This document shows, piece by piece, positions 59,930 through 64,000 of a stretch of DNA of 64,000 nt. The notes beneath the pieces were generated by a model. It was not told the DNA's origin and made no database searches. It was given only the letters and a program-made list of their open reading frames with translations. A program made the position numbers and the translations under genes. The first letter of the stretch is position 1. Each line of letters starts with the position of its first letter. Source of the stretch: an uncultured Gammaproteobacteria bacterium (GTDB taxonomy: Bacteria > Patescibacteriota > Patescibacteriia > Magasanikbacterales > UBA922); contig CAYUTO010000004.1 in NCBI GenBank assembly GCA_964447765.1, positions 22,561-86,560 on the forward strand. Reading direction: 5' to 3'.

Positions 59930-62900
59930 TTATTCCAAACTTTCACCATCTTCATACACTTCACTCTCACCAATCACGATGATTCGATCTCCTCTGAAGT
60001 TGAGTTTCTTGAACGCGTCCTCAGTTACAATCCAGCGCTTGATAAGTTTGGTTGCATCAGTAAGATCAACTTCAAGACGATAGACCTTGGGGGAATTTTG
60101 GTACTTAATCAGAGTGAACGCAGGATGAACGTCAGTTCGAGTTATTTCTTCTCCTACATTATATGCATCAAGAAGACGAGAATCTACATCCTCGATCCAG
60201 TCTGAGCGATAGTTAAGTTTAGCGAATACTATCTCATCCGTGACCCAATATTTGGTGTCGTTAATCAAAACGTATACTTTGGGATCTCCCGGTGTCTTGA
60301 TGAGTGCTCCATAGGTAGGACGGTACAAAGGACCAAGAGGAAGGAAAGAGAAAGCATCGAGAGGCACTGAAGTAAGAGTAGCAAGAGATACAACACCTAC
60401 ATCGCTCCATGATGAAAAGTAAGTAAAATACGTTCTTTCATTCGGAATTGGCCGTCTCGTACAGTCTGACGTGACGTAGAATACTGAGGAAGAACTCAAT
60501 GTTTTGTAGGGACGCTCTGGTGTAAGTGGGCATGCGTTTGAGGTTAGAGTAATAGTATCTGAGAGGATGAGCTCTCCCCCTTCAGAGGTTCGTAATTTGA
60601 TATAAACCGTCTTTTCTCCATTCCCGAGAGGGAGTGTATACCAGAGTGGAGAAATCAGTGATTCAAATGATCCATTGGTAAATGTAGAATCAGAAGAGAC
60701 AGCAACCATCGAAGCATTAGGTGAAGTTATATGCAGAGACACCAAGCGACTGTTTGTTGAGAGCGCTCCTTGATTAATAGTAAATTGAGATACCGAAGAC
60801 GGAGGGGCGGGAGGGATATATGGGATACCACCGTTTAAGGGAGATGTATCACCAGCACCACCCTCATCATCCCCTTCTTCTCCCATAAGAGCAAAAAGTG
60901 AGAATCCAGGGGTGTCACAAGTAACGGTAAAGGCGTTCGTATTTACAGTGCAAGGAGAAAGTTGTGTCCATTCGTCATCAGTATATCTAAAGATTGACAA
61001 CGTCGTTGTATCAATCCCCTCAAGGTCACTTGGATCATACGTCATAGTAACCTCAACCGGTTCATCAAAAGTTGAGATAATAGTTGAAGTGTCTGAAATA
61101 GCTTTAAAATCAAAAACAAGAGACCCGATAATATTTTTACCCGCAGGCAACCCTCCATCAGTCGTAACAATATCCTTCTCAAGTCGCTTGAGCTGAAAAG
61201 CGGCGGCAGTCGTACTTGTAAATCCAGTTGGCACAGTAAGGGAAACCCCGTTACCTGATTCCAAAAACGTAATCGACCCTCCAGACGAAGAAGACACTAC
61301 GGAAGCTTCATGAGATATAATTGGTGCAGAAAATTGACACCCCCGAGTAGCAAAGGTGCGTTTAGAACTCGTAGTAAAATCTCCTGATCCTGCAACCGCT
61401 CGAGGTGTATAATTATAAACCGTACAAGGAACAAGATTAGTAAGAGAAACCTCATGATCAAGAACTCGAGTGAGTGTATTGATTTCTGTAGTAGACACAC
61501 CGAGGGAAGTAATAAATCCGTATAAAATTCGAGAAGACGCAGGGCGGTTCGTAATCCAAGAGATAGTTGCAGTCGAAGTTCCAACGTTAGTTGAAGTCAC
61601 ATTTGAAATAACAAGAGTTGGTTGTGTTGAGGTGGTAAAAACAGAAGAATAAGAACTTGAAGTTGATAAATTATTTGCTCGTACTTGGAACGAATAACTC
61701 GTATTAGGATTAAGTCCAGAAAAAGTATAATTAGTTGCAGCAGTAGTAACTGGAGAAGTCGCAGTTGAAGAAACAGTATATGAGGTTGCACCAGAAACAG
61801 GTGACCATGAAAATGGTATAGAAGCTGCCGCAGCGGTAAAAGAAACAAACGAAGGAACTCCAAGAGAACTTCCCTCGGAGAGGGTGAACATCATAATTCG
61901 AGAATTCCCATTATCAGCCACATATAACCGATCATTATTAGAATCATAGGTTACCCCCTTAGGTGTTGCAAATTTTGATTGCGAAGCAGAGCCTGCTGCA
62001 CCCGTAAAATCAGTCTGCCCAAGAACATAACTTGCATTCATGCCATTTGAAATTGTGGTTGTTGAAAAGTCATATACTACCACTCGATCACTATCATTAT
62101 CTCCCACAAATAAACGTTGATTTTCTGCATCATACGCAAGACCTTGCGGATCATCTAATCCCGATTGTGTTGCAGCTGCAGAACTCCCTGTAAACGTTGA
62201 CTGACCAAGAACATAACTCGCACTTGGAAAATCAACTTCAGTCGTATTTGCAGGCGAAGCATCAAAAATAGATATTCTGTGAGCTGTAGTTTGAGTAACA
62301 TACAGACGTTCATTATCAACATCATAGGTCACGCCTCGCGTGCTAGGTAATGATGAAGTACTGATACCTGAATAGCCATTATCGAAATCCGGTGCACCAA
62401 AAATATATTTAGCATTCATACCATTTGAAATGGTACTCGTTGCAACATCGAACACAATAACTACTGCACCGCCCACAAAAAGTCGCTGATGTACAGGGTT
62501 ATAAGCCAACCCTGCTGGACTTGATAAACCTGCTTGTGTACCTAAAGCACTACCGTTCGTAAATAGAATCTGTCCAAGAACATAATTAGCAGGCATGCCG
62601 TTCGAAATTGTCGTTGTAGAAAAATCGTATACCTTAACACGATTATTACCTGTATCAGAGACAAACAAACGATTACTCACCAGATCATATGCAAGTCCGT
62701 CAGTATTATTGAAACCTACTTGGGTAGTCGCCGAACTATTGCCAGTAAATAAAGCTTGTCCAAGAATATGTAACGCAGGCTTACCATTTGAAATAGTCGT
62801 TGTGGAAAAATCAAAAATACTTACACGATTCGAATTAGACACAAAAAGTCGGCTATTATTTGAATCATACACGAGACCGTCAGGTGAAACCAATCCTACC

Positions 62901-64000
62901 TGAGTACTACCACTACTACCTACAGTAAAAGTGGTTTGTCCAAGCACATAGCTTGCACTCATACCATTCGTAATGGATATTGAAAGATCAAATACTAACA
63001 CTCGATTATTACCACCATCCGTAACAAAAAGATAATCATTTTCATAGTCATAGGCAAGACCCTGAGGAGCACTCATACCACTTTGAGTAGTAGCTTGCGT
63101 CTTAGTATTAAAATTAGACTGGCCCAATACATAATCAGCCTCATAATCAATTAAATCATTATTACTATCAAGAGTATGGACCAACACTCGATGATTCTGA
63201 TCATCCGACACAAACAACCGATGATTCACCGTATCAAGAAAAGTATAGTAAGGAAAATCAAACCCAATTCGTGTAGGACCATTATTGTAGCCAACTCTCG
63301 TATAAACTGGCACCAACTGATCACTGTCATTATAGTCAAAATGTCCAAGTAAATCAGTTGCGTTCATCCCATTAGTAATAGTTGATGTAGCCGCATTAAA
63401 AATACTCACTCGATTAGTACTATCTTGGACTACATACAATTTACCAGTCGTCTCATTATAAGCAAGCCCCCCTGACCCAAGAGTACTCGACTGTGTCGTA
63501 GCAAACGTAGAAGTAGTAAAATTCGGTTGACCTAACTGATAAGTAGCATTTTCTCCATTAGTAATAGACGCAACATCATATACTACAACTCGTCGATTAG
63601 AAGAATCATTTACAAATAAACGATTACTTATAGAATCATATGCGATACCACTAGGTGCACTCAATCCCGATTGAGTTGTAGCAGCAGTACTACCGGTAAA
63701 CGTAGTTTGTCCCAACACATAATTAGCAGGCATACCGTTCGAAATTGTCGTTGTAGAAAAATCATAGACGCTAACACGATTCGCATTTCCACCTTGCGCA
63801 ACAAATAAACGGTTATAAACCGAATCATAAGCAAGTCCCGTAGGGCCCCGAGTACTAGTTTGAGTCGTAACACCAGTGCTGGCCGTGAATGTAAGTTGTC
63901 CCAACACATAATTAGCAGGCATACCGTTCGAAATTGTCGTTGTAGAAAAATCATAGACGCTAACACGATTATTACCTGTCTGTCCAACAAATAATCGACT
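59930..64000 (-). CDS. Giant surface protein, paralog (more than 1356 aa; N-terminus lies beyond the window): NHL-type beta-propeller repeats, FN3-like domains, shared C-terminal module
   Basis: The frame stays open from the first in-window ATG (63922) up to the window edge. The repeat unit is LAYDxxxNRLFVxDxxNNRVxVYD. The C-terminal 450 aa are about 90% identical at the DNA level to 56674..58200. Confidence 0.7.
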   Translation of the reverse strand, partial: SRLFVGQTGNNRVSVYDFSTTTISNGMPANYVLGQLTFTASTGVTTQTSTRGPTGLAYDSVYNRLFVAQGGNANRVSVYDFSTTTISNGMPANYVLGQTTFTGSTAATTQSGLSAPSGIAYDSISNRLFVNDSSNRRVVVYDVASITNGENATYQLGQPNFTTSTFATTQSSTLGSGGLAYNETTGKLYVVQDSTNRVSIFNAATSTITNGMNATDLLGHFDYNDSDQLVPVYTRVGYNNGPTRIGFDFPYYTFLDTVNHRLFVSDDQNHRVLVHTLDSNNDLIDYEADYVLGQSNFNTKTQATTQSGMSAPQGLAYDYENDYLFVTDGGNNRVLVFDLSISITNGMSASYVLGQTTFTVGSSGSTQVGLVSPDGLVYDSNNSRLFVSNSNRVSIFDFSTTTISNGKPALHILGQALFTGNSSATTQVGFNNTDGLAYDLVSNRLFVSDTGNNRVKVYDFSTTTISNGMPANYVLGQILFTNGSALGTQAGLSSPAGLAYNPVHQRLFVGGAVVIVFDVATSTISNGMNAKYIFGAPDFDNGYSGISTSSLPSTRGVTYDVDNERLYVTQTTAHRISIFDASPANTTEVDFPSASYVLGQSTFTGSSAAATQSGLDDPQGLAYDAENQRLFVGDNDSDRVVVYDFSTTTISNGMNASYVLGQTDFTGAAGSASQSKFATPKGVTYDSNNDRLYVADNGNSRIMMFTLSEGSSLGVPSFVSFTAAAASIPFSWSPVSGATSYTVSSTATSPVTTAATNYTFSGLNPNTSYSFQVRANNLSTSSSYSSVFTTSTQPTLVISNVTSTNVGTSTATISWITNRPASSRILYGFITSLGVSTTEINTLTRVLDHEVSLTNLVPCTVYNYTPRAVAGSGDFTTSSKRTFATRGCQFSAPIISHEASVVSSSSGGSITFLESGNGVSLTVPTGFTSTTAAAFQLKRLEKDIVTTDGGLPAGKNIIGSLVFDFKAISDTSTIISTFDEPVEVTMTYDPSDLEGIDTTTLSIFRYTDDEWTQLSPCTVNTNAFTVTCDTPGFSLFALMGEEGDDEGGAGDTSPLNGGIPYIPPAPPSSVSQFTINQGALSTNSRLVSLHITSPNASMVAVSSDSTFTNGSFESLISPLWYTLPLGNGEKTVYIKLRTSEGGELILSDTITLTSNACPLTPERPYKTLSSSSVFYVTSDCTRRPIPNERTYFTYFSSWSDVGVVSLATLTSVPLDAFSFLPLGPLYRPTYGALIKTPGDPKVYVLINDTKYWVTDEIVFAKLNYRSDWIEDVDSRLLDAYNVGEEITRTDVHPAFTLIKYQNSPKVYRLEVDLTDATKLIKRWIVTEDAFKKLNFRGDRIIVIGESEVYEDGESLE

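Noticed and set aside
62575-63990. 80-nt near-identical repeats inside the giant surface-protein gene considered as a DGR template/variable repeat pair
   Set aside because: Differences between copies are ordinary transitions, not adenine-specific substitutions. No reverse transcriptase or accessory gene is nearby. They are in-frame blade duplications.
63661-63990. 109-aa ORF on the minus strand in the six-frame track
   Set aside because: It is the repeat region of the giant gene read in a wrong frame (the peptide itself is duplicated, VLASMIFLQRQFRTVCLLIMCWD twice). The true frame is the one continuous with 59930..63922, which is open to the window edge.

Overview
This is a bacterial chromosomal window of about 64 kb, low in G+C (roughly 40% by eye; not computed), with nearly all genes on the minus strand. 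The gene content points to a Candidate Phyla Radiation (CPR) lineage, possibly Saccharibacteria/Parcubacteria-like. The S10-spc ribosomal-protein cluster runs rpsJ to secY with no rpmD (L30) between rpsE and rplO; the 16S rRNA gene has a divergent 3' region and no linked 23S; there are giant surface proteins and a near-complete absence of biosynthesis genes. The core content is the r-protein supercluster followed by adk and map, then ruvX, recO and asnS. The str operon (rpsL-rpsG-fusA) is separated from tuf by about 7.5 kb that carries a stand-alone 16S rRNA gene with its own promoter and terminator. Other recognisable genes are tRNA-Pro(GGG), tgt, rlmH, queA, ndk, a uvrD/pcrA-like helicase, a PIF1-like helicase, a YgjP-like metalloprotease, malic enzyme, mltG, a manC-like gene, a PAP2 phosphatase and an intact prfB. 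The window ends in two tandem, paralogous giant surface-protein genes. Several things are not explained by ordinary annotation. (1) A structured palindromic element of about 120 nt is present in two copies, one inserted in frame inside the rsmB-like methyltransferase CDS and one abutting the queA start codon. (2) At least two further families of short A/T-rich intergenic palindromic elements have arms built from tandem hexamers or heptamers. (3) At least seven visibly G+C-richer islets sit in the low-GC backbone, each carrying small orphan genes (two Cys-rich) or a lone pyrB, with their own SD sites and hairpin terminators. (4) A promoter plus attenuator-like hairpin lies in a 374-nt spacer between rpsJ and rplC. 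(5) A three-gene operon is led by a 1121-aa polytopic membrane protein with a long coiled-coil tail (VirB6/TrbL-like, tentative). No CRISPR array, no cas genes and no transposase were seen.
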